From the NCBI GenBank assembly GCA_963929465.1, contig CAWVJG010000012.1, positions 1 through 47,803 of the forward strand: a DNA stretch of 47,803 nt, written 5' to 3'. The translations under genes were made by a program, and so were the position numbers. This DNA is from Bacillota bacterium (lineage in GTDB: Bacteria; Bacillota; Clostridia; TANB77; CAG-508). This document shows positions 30,261-40,956 of the stretch, in pieces. The notes beneath the pieces were generated by a model. It was not told the DNA's origin, ran no database searches, and saw only the letters and a program-made list of their open reading frames with translations. The first letter of the stretch is position 1; every line of letters starts with the position of its first letter.

Positions 30261-30651
30261 TCATATGCCTTTTTTTAGGTCTCCTTTTTACCCTTATTCT
30301 CGTAATTATCCAAGAAATCATTATCATATGCCAGCTCCTATACCAATGGATAATCCTCAAAGCTCTAAGGATAATCTTTCTACACATACGGAAATAAGGG
30401 GAATTGGAGATACCTCTTATCAAAATAAAGAAAATAAGCATGAAAAAAAATCATCTAAGTATTATCATATCGGTCCCATTTTCATTAATACACAAGGTTT
30501 TTCTGATAAAGAAGAACCTTTGTTAGAAATTTCTGGGCGAAAATTATACTTAGATGATATCATTATCTTGTCTTTATTATTTTTCCTTTATGAAGAAGAT
30601 GTAAAAGATGATATGTTATTTATGCTATTAATTTTATTGTTAGTTGGTTAA
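30253..30651 (+). CDS. Hypothetical small protein with a Pro/Tyr/His-rich N terminus and a hydrophobic C terminus
   Basis: The ORF track starts at 30235, but an AAGGAGA RBS at 30239-30245 favours the GTG at 30253, which overlaps the upstream stop. The C-terminal hydrophobic stretch is IIILSLLFFLY...MLFMLLILLLVG. Confidence 0.45.
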   Translation: MINHMPFFRSPFYPYSRNYPRNHYHMPAPIPMDNPQSSKDNLSTHTEIRGIGDTSYQNKENKHEKKSSKYYHIGPIFINTQGFSDKEEPLLEISGRKLYLDDIIILSLLFFLYEEDVKDDMLFMLLILLLVG

Positions 30652-30675
30652 TAGGCTTATGTATGAATCACAATA

Positions 30676-31287
30676 TTACTCTATCACGATTTCATTATTG
30701 ATAATACTTACATAAGCTTGCTTATGTAATGGCTCCTCATCTCTATCAATTTCTTTGATGACATTAGCAATTCGAATTTGCACAGTATCTAAAAGTCCAG
30801 CAGAAATAATCGCCTGTTTATTGCCTTTGGCACCAGCATGTGCTAAACCTCTTAATGCTCCTAATACCACAATATTGTCAGAAGCCATGACTTCTGCACC
30901 TGAATTGACATCTCCTAGAATAACTAGACTTCCTTCTGACTCCATTTTTTGTCCTGAACGTAAAGAACCTCTATGAAATTTAGTTTCAGAAACAGCAATT
31001 TCTTTATTAAAAGTTCTTGTAATACTTGAAAGTCCTAAGGATTTTGGCATATCAAAATCGATTTCTACATCAATATTGCGTTTTATCAATTCTTGTATTT
31101 CATCGATTTCCTTATTTTTTAAAACTTTTCCTGTCACCGTGATTGGTGTTTTTTCATTTTTATACATTTTTTTCAACTCAGGAAGTTTTTTTCTTAGATT
31201 ATCTATAATATCTTTTTGTTCTGCATCATCACTAATTTTAATTAGAATTTGATTTTTTCTTAAATTAATACTAACACAATTTCTCAT
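30676..31287 (-). CDS. minC: Septum site-determining protein MinC
   Basis: 203 aa. The C-terminal beta-helix region is typical of MinC: RSGQKMESEGSLVILGDVNSGAEVMASDNIVVLGALRGLAHAGAKGN. Confidence 0.85.
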   Translation of the reverse strand: MRNCVSINLRKNQILIKISDDAEQKDIIDNLRKKLPELKKMYKNEKTPITVTGKVLKNKEIDEIQELIKRNIDVEIDFDMPKSLGLSSITRTFNKEIAVSETKFHRGSLRSGQKMESEGSLVILGDVNSGAEVMASDNIVVLGALRGLAHAGAKGNKQAIISAGLLDTVQIRIANVIKEIDRDEEPLHKQAYVSIINNEIVIE

Positions 31288-31452
31288 TTTTACATCCTTC
31301 CTTTCTTTTTTTCAAAAGTCAGATTGGAAAAGAATTAAATTTTGGCAAGGAAAATTTAATTTAAAAGGCAAGGGCGCATACGTATTGGTATGTAACCGCG
31401 TTTTAAATGGAATTCGCCACTGCGCGTAGCCAAAATTGTAATTATTTTTCAA

Positions 31453-33591
31453 TCACCTTAGAGATTGATTATAATTCACAGCACTCATATCTTCTTGTAC
31501 CTCTTGTGTATTCATTCCAAAATATTCTTCCATGATATCTCTTACAACCTCCGCCGTATAATTTCCATGTCCACCATTTTCTACCATAACCACTACTGCA
31601 ATTTCTGGATCTTCAAAAGGTGCAAAACCTGCAAACCATGCATGTACAATATCTTTTTCGTTTTCATCTTTCCCTGCTTCTGCTGAACCTGTTTTTCCTC
31701 CAACAGAAATCCCAAAATCTTGGAATCTAACATAAGCTGTTCCTGTGGTATCACTTGTAACAGATTTCATACCTTGTAAAATAGCATCTAAATTTTCTTG
31801 ACTAATGGTTAAATCTTCACTTGTATTTTCTTCTAGTCCTAATTTTTGATTAACAAAATTATTAATTTCTTCTGTAGATGCTTCTGTTCCATCTGGTTTT
31901 ATTATACTTTTTACGATTGTTACATCAATATCATGTCCTCCATTAGCTAACATACTAATATATTTTGTCATCTGTAAAGGACTAAAATTGTCTAACCCTT
32001 GTCCAATAGAAGCATTAATTGTATCTCCACTATACCATGGTTCTGTTGATACCTGTTCTTTATATTCTGGACTTGCCATTGCACCTGACGTTTCACTTGG
32101 TAATTCTACTCCTGTTTTTACACCTAGTCCAAAATATTTTGCATATTTAACAAGCGTTTCAATTCCCATCCTATCTCCTGTTTCATAGAAGAAATAGTTA
32201 CATGACCTTTCAATCGCTTGTGAAACATTTAAACGTCCATGGCCTACATGATAATCTGTATAATACCAACATGGCCATTCTTCTCCATATTTTCTATATT
32301 CTCCTACATCATTTATTTTCTCTGTTCTTGTAATAACTCCTGATTCTAGTCCTGCAATAGCTGTTACCATCTTAAAAATAGAGCCTGGTGCATAAGAATT
32401 TTGAACTGCTTTATTCATTAATGGTTTTGCAGAATCTGTATTATATTGATTCCATTTTTCTGTACTGATTCCACCTACAAAATCTGCTGGATCATAATTT
32501 GGATAACTTGCCATTGCTAAAATTTCACCTGTTTTCACATTCATAACCACACAACTACCTGCATTGGTATTATAAGCTTTTCCAAATCCTCCAGAAGCAA
32601 TTTTTTTAATATTGGCTTCTAATGCCTGTTCCGTAATCTGTTGCAAGTTAGAGTCTATGGTTAATACGATATTACTTCCTGCTATGGCTTCTTCTGATGT
32701 ATATTCAGAGGTTATTGTTCCGTCAACAGCCATATCAATTTGTTTTGTTCCATCTTGTCCTTTTAAATATTCTTCAAAAACATATTCAATTCCTGTTTTT
32801 CCGATAATATCATTTTGGTCATATGTATCTTTTCTGGTAGCATATTCTTCCGCACTAATCGTTGATGCATAGCCTAAAATATGAGATGCAAGTGTTCCTG
32901 AAGTATATTCTCTTACAGGTTCTGTCACAATATTAATTCCTGGAAATTTATCACTACTTTCTGAAAATTCTGCAACTGCCTCTCTTGGAATGTCTTCTGC
33001 AATTGTCAAAGCTCTTGTACTACTATATCCTGTTGTTGTTATTTCATATCGGATTGCTATAATTTTCCTAATTTCTGTGATATCTGTATTTGCAATTTCA
33101 TATCTTTCTTTAAAATCATAAAAAGCTTCTTCTGCAGATATATTTTCATCTAAATCATATGTTTCTTTCCAATTTGCTAATGTTTCATCACTAATGGTAA
33201 ATTGGAATGGATTTATCGATATTGGAAAAGAATCCTCATAATCTACTTGATATTTTTCTAGTAAATTGACAATATTTAAAATAGAATTATTTAATTCATT
33301 ATCATCAATTTTTGTTTTATATAATTCTACACTAAATTTTGTTGAATTAGTAACCAGTGCATTCCCTGTTCTATCTAAAATTTCTCCTCTTGCAGCTTCT
33401 AATGTAGTTTCTCTAGTAAGTCTTGTATTGGATTCTTCTCTATATTCTGCTCCATGCACAATTTGCAAATTAAATAATTGGATAATTAAAACAATTCCAA
33501 TGATATATGTAAATACAGTCAAAATATTAAATCGTAAATTTAAATTACTTCTTGCTTTTTTCTTTTCTTTTTTAAAACTTAATCCCTTCAA
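31453..33591 (-). CDS. mrdA: Penicillin-binding protein 2 (class B transpeptidase, elongasome)
   Basis: 712 aa with an N-terminal TM helix. It has the SxxK (GSIFK), SxN (SCN) and KTG (GKTGSAE) motifs and sits between mreD and minC. Confidence 0.85.
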   Translation of the reverse strand: MKGLSFKKEKKKARSNLNLRFNILTVFTYIIGIVLIIQLFNLQIVHGAEYREESNTRLTRETTLEAARGEILDRTGNALVTNSTKFSVELYKTKIDDNELNNSILNIVNLLEKYQVDYEDSFPISINPFQFTISDETLANWKETYDLDENISAEEAFYDFKERYEIANTDITEIRKIIAIRYEITTTGYSSTRALTIAEDIPREAVAEFSESSDKFPGINIVTEPVREYTSGTLASHILGYASTISAEEYATRKDTYDQNDIIGKTGIEYVFEEYLKGQDGTKQIDMAVDGTITSEYTSEEAIAGSNIVLTIDSNLQQITEQALEANIKKIASGGFGKAYNTNAGSCVVMNVKTGEILAMASYPNYDPADFVGGISTEKWNQYNTDSAKPLMNKAVQNSYAPGSIFKMVTAIAGLESGVITRTEKINDVGEYRKYGEEWPCWYYTDYHVGHGRLNVSQAIERSCNYFFYETGDRMGIETLVKYAKYFGLGVKTGVELPSETSGAMASPEYKEQVSTEPWYSGDTINASIGQGLDNFSPLQMTKYISMLANGGHDIDVTIVKSIIKPDGTEASTEEINNFVNQKLGLEENTSEDLTISQENLDAILQGMKSVTSDTTGTAYVRFQDFGISVGGKTGSAEAGKDENEKDIVHAWFAGFAPFEDPEIAVVVMVENGGHGNYTAEVVRDIMEEYFGMNTQEVQEDMSAVNYNQSLR

Positions 33592-33718
33592 GGCTTCACC
33601 TTCCTCTTCCTTGCTTCTAATTGGTATTTCTAAATTACACTTTTTTTATTTCTTTTTATATATCAAGTTTACATTATTCTATAAAATGTAGATATATATC
33701 ATCGAAATTAAATACAAT

Positions 33719-34261
33719 TTAGAAATACCTCGTTAAAATCTTATTCCCCTTATATTCGTTTTCAATCGCATATCCAAATTTTTGCATTAATGGATATAAA
33801 ATAATAACAAGGATTAAATTATATATAATTTCGATGGCCAAAATTCTAACAAAGTTTATGATTTCTATATTAGTAGAAAACACTATATAATTTAATATAT
33901 AAACAATAATTTCATATATAAATGTAGCCCCCAATACCATAAACATAATAGTTGCTCTACTATCTTTTGAAAAGTTTTTATCAAAAGTAGCAGCCAAAAA
34001 TCCTATCATCCCTAATCCTACAGCATTAATTCCAATTTGTGTGCCAATTACTAAATCTAAAATTCCTCCTATTGCTACTCCATACACAACACCTGTTATT
34101 CGATTAGAAAATAATCCAATGAATAACACAAATATAACAAACAAGCTAGGCATAATACCAGAGATAGTAAACCAATTAAAAAAATTTGCTTGTAAAAAAT
34201 ATATAATAAATGCTGCTAATATAATAAATATATTCATTATAAATTTTTTCAAAGATTTCAC
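33719..34261 (-). CDS. mreD: Rod shape-determining protein MreD
   Basis: 180 aa, a polytopic membrane protein immediately downstream of mreC. Confidence 0.8.
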   Translation of the reverse strand: MKSLKKFIMNIFIILAAFIIYFLQANFFNWFTISGIMPSLFVIFVLFIGLFSNRITGVVYGVAIGGILDLVIGTQIGINAVGLGMIGFLAATFDKNFSKDSRATIMFMVLGATFIYEIIVYILNYIVFSTNIEIINFVRILAIEIIYNLILVIILYPLMQKFGYAIENEYKGNKILTRYF

Positions 34262-34265
34262 CTCT

Positions 34266-35081
34266 CTATTGATTTGTTATGACTAGCACAGTATCTAATT
34301 TATCAAAATCTACTGCTGTTTCTACAATGGCATATCTATCCATTGCATTTTGTGTATTAACCACTCTTTTGATACTACCTACATGAATTCCTTTTGGATA
34401 TATCCCTCCTAATCCAGAGGTCTCTACACTATCGCCTTGTATAATTCCATCATCATCTGGTATATACATAGCTCTTAAAGCTGAATCTTCCTCTAGCGTT
34501 CCCTTACACACGATACTTTCATCTGTTGTACTTAATAAACAGCTAACAGAACTTGAAGTATCTACAATTGTTCTTACTTTCGCCGTATCACTTGTAACAG
34601 AGATAACATGTCCTACTAAGCCTTGATCAGCAATGACTGTCATATTTTCTTTTATACCATCATCACTTCCTACATTAATCACAACTGTTTTAGAATAATT
34701 ACTAATATCTTTATTGATAATATATGCTGGAACTGTTTTATATTCACCATATTTTTCTGTTAACCCCAAATATTCTTTTAAAGTCTCATTTTCAGATTTA
34801 ATACTTTCTAACTCTCTTAGTGATTGTTCTAATTCACTATTTCTTTGGCTTAACTCTTCATTTTCCTGTTTTAAGTTGTTGATATCTGTAAAAAATGTAC
34901 TATTTCCACTGATTTTGTTTTTCAAATAGGTTAATCCATTTTGTACTGGCATAACTAATTTACTTGCTGCATTTTCAATAAATGAGGTTCCACTATCTAC
35001 ATTTGAAAGTACAACAATAAGAATTAAAATAATAATCGTGATAACAATTCCTGCTATTTCCGCTTTTTTATTTTTATACAT
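34266..35081 (-). CDS. mreC: Rod shape-determining protein MreC
   Basis: 271 aa. An N-terminal TM helix and a coiled coil (LKQENEELSQRNSELEQSLRELESIK) precede a beta-rich C-terminal domain with GLVGHV and GGIYPKG motifs. Confidence 0.9.
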   Translation of the reverse strand: MYKNKKAEIAGIVITIIILILIVVLSNVDSGTSFIENAASKLVMPVQNGLTYLKNKISGNSTFFTDINNLKQENEELSQRNSELEQSLRELESIKSENETLKEYLGLTEKYGEYKTVPAYIINKDISNYSKTVVINVGSDDGIKENMTVIADQGLVGHVISVTSDTAKVRTIVDTSSSVSCLLSTTDESIVCKGTLEEDSALRAMYIPDDDGIIQGDSVETSGLGGIYPKGIHVGSIKRVVNTQNAMDRYAIVETAVDFDKLDTVLVITNQ

Positions 35082-35098
35082 TTTCTACTCCTATCATT

Positions 35099-36155
<1,057 letters not shown>

Positions 36156-36887
36156 TCATATTTCTCCATCTTTCGTTAATATTTTTGACATAATGCTTGT
36201 AAAATTCCCATTGCCTATCACAATATGGTCTAACAATTCTATATCAAATAACTGCGCCACTTCAAAAAGTCTTTCTGTTATTTGTATATCTACTTTACTA
36301 GGTGTGGAATCACCACTAGGATGATTATGAATTAAAATCATTTTAGGCGCCTGTATTCTTATTGGCTCTACTAAAATTTCTCTCATTGACATATTGACTG
36401 AGTTAATTCCACCTTGTGCAATCTTTTTTATTTTTATGATTTCATTTTTATTGTTTAGAATAATTAATTTTACATGTTCTTGCTTTTCTAGTCGCATTTC
36501 TTCCATCAATAATCTGGCAATATCCTCTGGTCTATTAATTTTTATTTTTTGATAATTTGATGGTGCTGATATTCTTTTCGCTAATTCTGCCACTGCTTTT
36601 AATTGAATCGCTTTTGCTTTTCCAATTCCCTTTATAGTCATCAATTCTTCTATTGTCATTTCTTTTAAAAAATCCAAATTATTTTTTGAAGTTGGATTTA
36701 CACTTAATAATTTTTGAGCAATGGTTACTGAAGATTCTTCTTTTGTTCCTGTTTTTATAATAATTGCTATTAATTCCGCATTTGATAATGCGGTTTCTCC
36801 ATATAATTCCATTTTTTCATAAGGTCGTTCTGTTTCTGGTAATTGTTTTATTTTGATAGACAAAATATCCTTCCTTTCTTTTATCAA
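36156..36887 (-). CDS. radC: RadC-family JAB/MPN-domain protein (UPF0758)
   Basis: 243 aa. It has a helix-hairpin-helix region (IKGIGKAKA) and the JAMM motif HNHPSGDSTPS. Confidence 0.85.
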   Translation of the reverse strand: MIKERKDILSIKIKQLPETERPYEKMELYGETALSNAELIAIIIKTGTKEESSVTIAQKLLSVNPTSKNNLDFLKEMTIEELMTIKGIGKAKAIQLKAVAELAKRISAPSNYQKIKINRPEDIARLLMEEMRLEKQEHVKLIILNNKNEIIKIKKIAQGGINSVNMSMREILVEPIRIQAPKMILIHNHPSGDSTPSKVDIQITERLFEVAQLFDIELLDHIVIGNGNFTSIMSKILTKDGEI

Positions 36888-36970
36888 TATTTTGCCCCTA
36901 TTTTTTTATTTTATTGTATAGAAAAATCAATTTTTATCTTGTGCCCATATGAATTTTTCGCATACAACAA

Positions 36971-37228
36971 TTATATTTTTTTATAGATCAATATAGCCAA
37001 TAACATTCCTATGATACTTGCTACACTAATTTTAAACATTAATGCAAATGTAATTGTTACAACGCTTAAATCTAAAACAATTGGGTCTTGTAATCCAAAT
37101 GTTTGACTATATGAAAGCCACCATAACCAGTCAACATTAGACGCAAGTTGTCCCAATAATCCCCCTATTACTAAGCCTGATAAAATAAACACAATTAATA
37201 TCCATATATTTTTATCTTTCGTTGCCAT
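36971..37228 (-). CDS. Small two-TM membrane protein (DUF4321-like)
   Basis: 85 aa with two hydrophobic helices. Its position next to radC and the mre genes is typical for DUF4321 in Clostridia. The family assignment is from memory of that context. Confidence 0.5.
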   Translation of the reverse strand: MATKDKNIWILIVFILSGLVIGGLLGQLASNVDWLWWLSYSQTFGLQDPIVLDLSVVTITFALMFKISVASIIGMLLAILIYKKI

Positions 37229-37457
37229 TTTTTATACCTCCAAATTAGCCTTTACTTCTTACGGCTATTTATATTTTCACATATTGGTATTATATATTGA
37301 TTTAACATTTTTTTCAAGTAAAAACCTTTACTTTTTTCATATTTATATGGTATATTATTTAATATTTAAAATTTTATTACCAAAAATTATCCATTTAAAT
37401 ATAATAATAATAGTAGTATAATATACTTAATAGATTTTAAGGAGGCTTTTTTTATAT

Positions 37458-38090
37458 ATGAAAATTGAAAAATTGACTGAAAATAAAATTCGTGTCATTA
37501 TAAATTCAGAAGATTTAAAAAACAATAATTTAGATTATCAGACCATTATGGAAAAACCAATCGAGTCTCAAAAATTGTTTTTGGAAATGCTTTTAAGAGC
37601 GGAAAAAGAAGTTGGTTTTTATACAGAAGGGTGTAAACTTCTTGTAGAAGCTTTTTCCTCTTCAGATGGTGTTTTTGTGTTTACAATTACAAAATATATA
37701 GAGAAAAATACAACACCACCTAATAAATTAAAAGTAACACCAAAAAAGAAAATAAAAAATGTGAACCCTAAAAGCACTATATCTATTTATAAGTTTTCTG
37801 GTTTTGAAGAATTTTGTGAATTTTGTACAGCTTTTCATAATTCAACAAAAATCCAATCAAAACAATTAGCGAAAAATATTGCTTTATATTTATTTAACAA
37901 TTCCTATTATCTTATACTTTCTAACATTAATGTAGACTATACATATATTCATACTTTTTATTCAACTATTTCTGAATTTGCAAGCCTAGCCTCTCATTCT
38001 GAGACTTTTAAAATGACATTGTTAGAACATGGTAAAGCAATTATGAAACGAAATGCAATTGAGACTGGTATTAAGTATTTCTTATCATAA
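37458..38090 (+). CDS. mecA: Adaptor protein MecA (ClpC adaptor / negative regulator of competence)
   Basis: 210 aa. The N terminus MKIEKLTENKIRVIINSEDL resembles the MecA start MEIERINEHTVKF. A GGAGG RBS lies upstream and a strong terminator downstream. Confidence 0.7.
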   Translation: MKIEKLTENKIRVIINSEDLKNNNLDYQTIMEKPIESQKLFLEMLLRAEKEVGFYTEGCKLLVEAFSSSDGVFVFTITKYIEKNTTPPNKLKVTPKKKIKNVNPKSTISIYKFSGFEEFCEFCTAFHNSTKIQSKQLAKNIALYLFNNSYYLILSNINVDYTYIHTFYSTISEFASLASHSETFKMTLLEHGKAIMKRNAIETGIKYFLS

Positions 38091-38115
38091 ACAAATATAA
38101 AGATTGTCATTAATT

Positions 38116-38156
38116 AATCCACAGTTTACACATAAACTGTGGATTGTTTCTTTTTT
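38116..38156 (+). terminator. Rho-independent terminator of mecA
   Basis: The stem AATCCACAGTTTA / AAACTGTGGATT is followed by GTTTCTTTTTT. Confidence 0.75.
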
Positions 38157-39165
38157 AATATACATAGTTTTGTGGATTATATGCTACTCCATTGACTCTT
38201 ACTTCTAAATGTAAATGTGGTCCTGTTGAATTTCCTGTTGATCCTACGGCTGCAATCGTTTCTCCTTGTGAAACACTTTGTCCAACTGATGCATATAATT
38301 GATTACAATGCGCATAATATGTTTGGACACCATTTCCATGAGATATTACTAACATATATCCATAAGAACCTTTCCATCCTGCAAATGTGACAGTTCCTGA
38401 AGCTGCTGCCTTAATTGGAGTTCCTTTTGGTGCTGATATATCTAAACCAGTATGTGCAGAACTTCTAATACTGCTTCTTGCTCCAAACCTAGAAGTAATC
38501 GTTCCTGAAATTGGTCTAATTAATGAAATTCCTAGTGATGTCTTTCCGCCTGAAGTTGTTGTATTGGTATTCACATATCCTGCTGAAGCTCTTGAAGAAG
38601 TATTTTGCGCTACTTTTACTTCTGTTTTCTTTTCTACATATAATTTAGATACTACCTCATCTACAGAAACTAAATCGTTTATTCCTGTCTCATATTTTTC
38701 TAATATTGAAATTTTATCTATATTTTCACTATTTTTTTCTTTTAATGTATTAACAACATTTTCTGCTTCTTCAAATGAAGATACATAATACTTTTCTTGT
38801 TGTTCTTCTAATATTGCATAATATCGATAATATGGAATTCCTTGTTCTGTTACTTTGTTATAAATTTCTTCATCATTTGTCACAATATTTCTTTTTAATA
38901 AGCATAATTTATATTCTGGCAATTCATTTACTTGTACAAAAGCTACATTTTCATTTGTTCCATCTCCATGATCAACATATTCGTTGATATTATGTTGTAA
39001 TTCTGATTTATTTGTCGTATATCCTATTTGTTGTCCATTTAAGTATACACTATATGTTGGTTTGTATAAAAATGCAACTGCTCCAATAATTAAAAATATT
39101 GCAATCATAAAAAGAATTATGAGTTTTACTCCTCGTCTTGCATGAACCAATACCTTTTTAAACAT
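38155..39165 (-). CDS. Membrane-anchored M23 (LytM-type) peptidase
   Basis: 336 aa with an N-terminal TM helix. The C-terminal M23 domain has intact HxxxD (HTGLD) and HxH (HLHLE) metal ligands. Confidence 0.85.
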   Translation of the reverse strand: MFKKVLVHARRGVKLIILFMIAIFLIIGAVAFLYKPTYSVYLNGQQIGYTTNKSELQHNINEYVDHGDGTNENVAFVQVNELPEYKLCLLKRNIVTNDEEIYNKVTEQGIPYYRYYAILEEQQEKYYVSSFEEAENVVNTLKEKNSENIDKISILEKYETGINDLVSVDEVVSKLYVEKKTEVKVAQNTSSRASAGYVNTNTTTSGGKTSLGISLIRPISGTITSRFGARSSIRSSAHTGLDISAPKGTPIKAAASGTVTFAGWKGSYGYMLVISHGNGVQTYYAHCNQLYASVGQSVSQGETIAAVGSTGNSTGPHLHLEVRVNGVAYNPQNYVY

Positions 39166-39360
39166 TACATTATCTCCTTTGTATATGATAATGTAATCAT
39201 ATTGTAATATTATTTTTTTTGCAATAATATAAAAAGTCTAATTTCCGTAAGTTTTTTTGTGTTTTTTGATAAATACTTTGTTTTTTTCTTTTTTTCTCTT
39301 TTTTTCTTTTGGAATAATATAAACAGATGAAATTGTCTCTACTATAATTCTTTTATTTTA

Positions 39361-40029
39361 CTATTCTCCGATATATTGATAGTCTGGATAATTGTTAATA
39401 TCAAATTTTGGAATATTATCATCTGTCACTGAATTAAATTGATAACTATATGTTATTGTTTGAATTTTATTTAATTCTTTGTCATTACTTCCTTCATAAT
39501 ATTCATATTTGATAATATAGCTATTTTCTAAATCTACATAAAAATACATTACCTCTACCTTGTCTGTTGAATTTTCTTCAATAGAAACTTTTATGCATTC
39601 TTTTTCTCCTATAATCTCTTTTCCACAATATTTATATTTTACTAGCTCTTCAGATTTTTTAGCTTTTTCCGCTAATATAGAAAATGTATCTTTTAAAGGC
39701 ACTTCCATATTACTCACCACAGAAGATTTGATAATGATTTTATCAGTATGCATGATAATAATTTGTTCAGAATTTTCTAAATTTTTCAAAGTTTCTACGA
39801 TTGTTGAAGAATTGTCTTTTTGACTAACATATATATTATTGTCTTTTATATAATAATCTACATATTGCGTACTTTCATCTGAAACGATTTCACTTTTAAT
39901 ATGTACATTTGTCGGAAGAGTACTAGAACTTATCATTGAAGAAACATTTTCTAAATTATATGTATTTTTTATAAATAGTATTAATATCGAAAATATAATT
40001 ATAGCAGCAATCACGTCAATAGCAAGCAT
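39361..40029 (-). CDS. Hypothetical membrane-anchored protein
   Basis: 222 aa with an N-terminal TM helix and a beta-rich extracytoplasmic part. I recognise no motif. Confidence 0.5.
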   Translation of the reverse strand: MLAIDVIAAIIIFSILILFIKNTYNLENVSSMISSSTLPTNVHIKSEIVSDESTQYVDYYIKDNNIYVSQKDNSSTIVETLKNLENSEQIIIMHTDKIIIKSSVVSNMEVPLKDTFSILAEKAKKSEELVKYKYCGKEIIGEKECIKVSIEENSTDKVEVMYFYVDLENSYIIKYEYYEGSNDKELNKIQTITYSYQFNSVTDDNIPKFDINNYPDYQYIGE

Positions 40030-40267
40030 TATAAATGTTTTTTTGCATTTGACATTGTTTTCCCCCTTTATTTTTTATATATTAATTATATATTATTTGT
40101 TTATTTTTTTATAATATTCTCAAAAATCTTACATTTTTCTTACAAAATTTCCTTGATTTTTATTTGAATTTATTTTCGATACTTTTATATTTTAGTTACA
40201 AAAAAATTCTATTTTTACTATCTCCTTGTTTTCTTTTTATTAGTATTTCTTGCTAACATATACAAAA

Positions 40268-40301
40268 AGTTGCCAAAAGGGACGAACCATTTTGGCAACT
40301 T
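40268..40301 (-). terminator. Rho-independent terminator after the cotF-like pair
   Basis: The 11-bp stem AGTTGCCAAAA / TTTTGGCAACT is followed on the minus strand by TTTTTG. It lies 8 nt downstream of the stop at 40309. Confidence 0.7.
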
Positions 40302-40308
40302 TCTTTGA

Positions 40309-40551
40309 TTATTGTAATTCTGTTTTTACTGTATTTACTTCTGTTGTAGTAGCTTTTTGTGCTGGAATATAATATCCTTTAGATTGTGCTATTTTAAAAA
40401 GTTCATATTGAAAACTTTCATCATTATTTCTGATTTGTTGGAAAGTTTGTCTTAATTGCATATTTTCAGCTTCTGATATGGCTGTTTGATATGCTGTTAA
40501 ATCTGACTTTACTCCAGCTAAAATATCATTTACCATTGTTTTCTCGTCCAT
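40309..40551 (-). CDS. Spore coat protein, CotF (Coat_F) family
   Basis: 80 aa. The stretch NDILAGVKSDLTAYQTAISEAENMQLRQTFQQIRNNDESFQYELFKIAQSKGYY is typical of the Coat_F domain. Confidence 0.7.
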   Translation of the reverse strand: MDEKTMVNDILAGVKSDLTAYQTAISEAENMQLRQTFQQIRNNDESFQYELFKIAQSKGYYIPAQKATTTEVNTVKTELQ

Positions 40552-40561
40552 AATTTCCTCC

Positions 40562-40750
40562 TTAATTATTTAAAAATGTCATTAATTTTTGTTTTGTATT
40601 TAAAGCATCTTGAGCAGATTTTGTGAATAGCTGTTTTATTTGTGGATCTACTGCTTGTGAAGAATATGTGTTTAATTTTTGGTAAGCTGTTTCATGTGCT
40701 CCAATAAGATGTCTTAAATTTTGTAATTCCACTTGGTTTAAGTCTGCCAT
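40562..40750 (-). CDS. Small spore coat-associated protein paired with the CotF-family gene
   Basis: 62 aa, helical, with a stop 10 nt upstream of the cotF-like start. This kind of pairing is common in Clostridia. Confidence 0.5.
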   Translation of the reverse strand: MADLNQVELQNLRHLIGAHETAYQKLNTYSSQAVDPQIKQLFTKSAQDALNTKQKLMTFLNN

Positions 40751-40956
40751 TTTTAATCATTCCTTTCTTTTTGATTTCTTTTTTCATTATTTCCATTTTT
40801 ATCAATTTTATTCAAAAAAATTTTGAACTTTAAGGGCAATCTTTAAAGTTCACCCGTCTCGGCTTATTTATATTTTTCCATACAAAAATGAACCCTTTTG
40901 TTAAACTTTTTTGTCTAACATTTTAGGTTCATTTCACTTTCTCATAATCTCTCATA

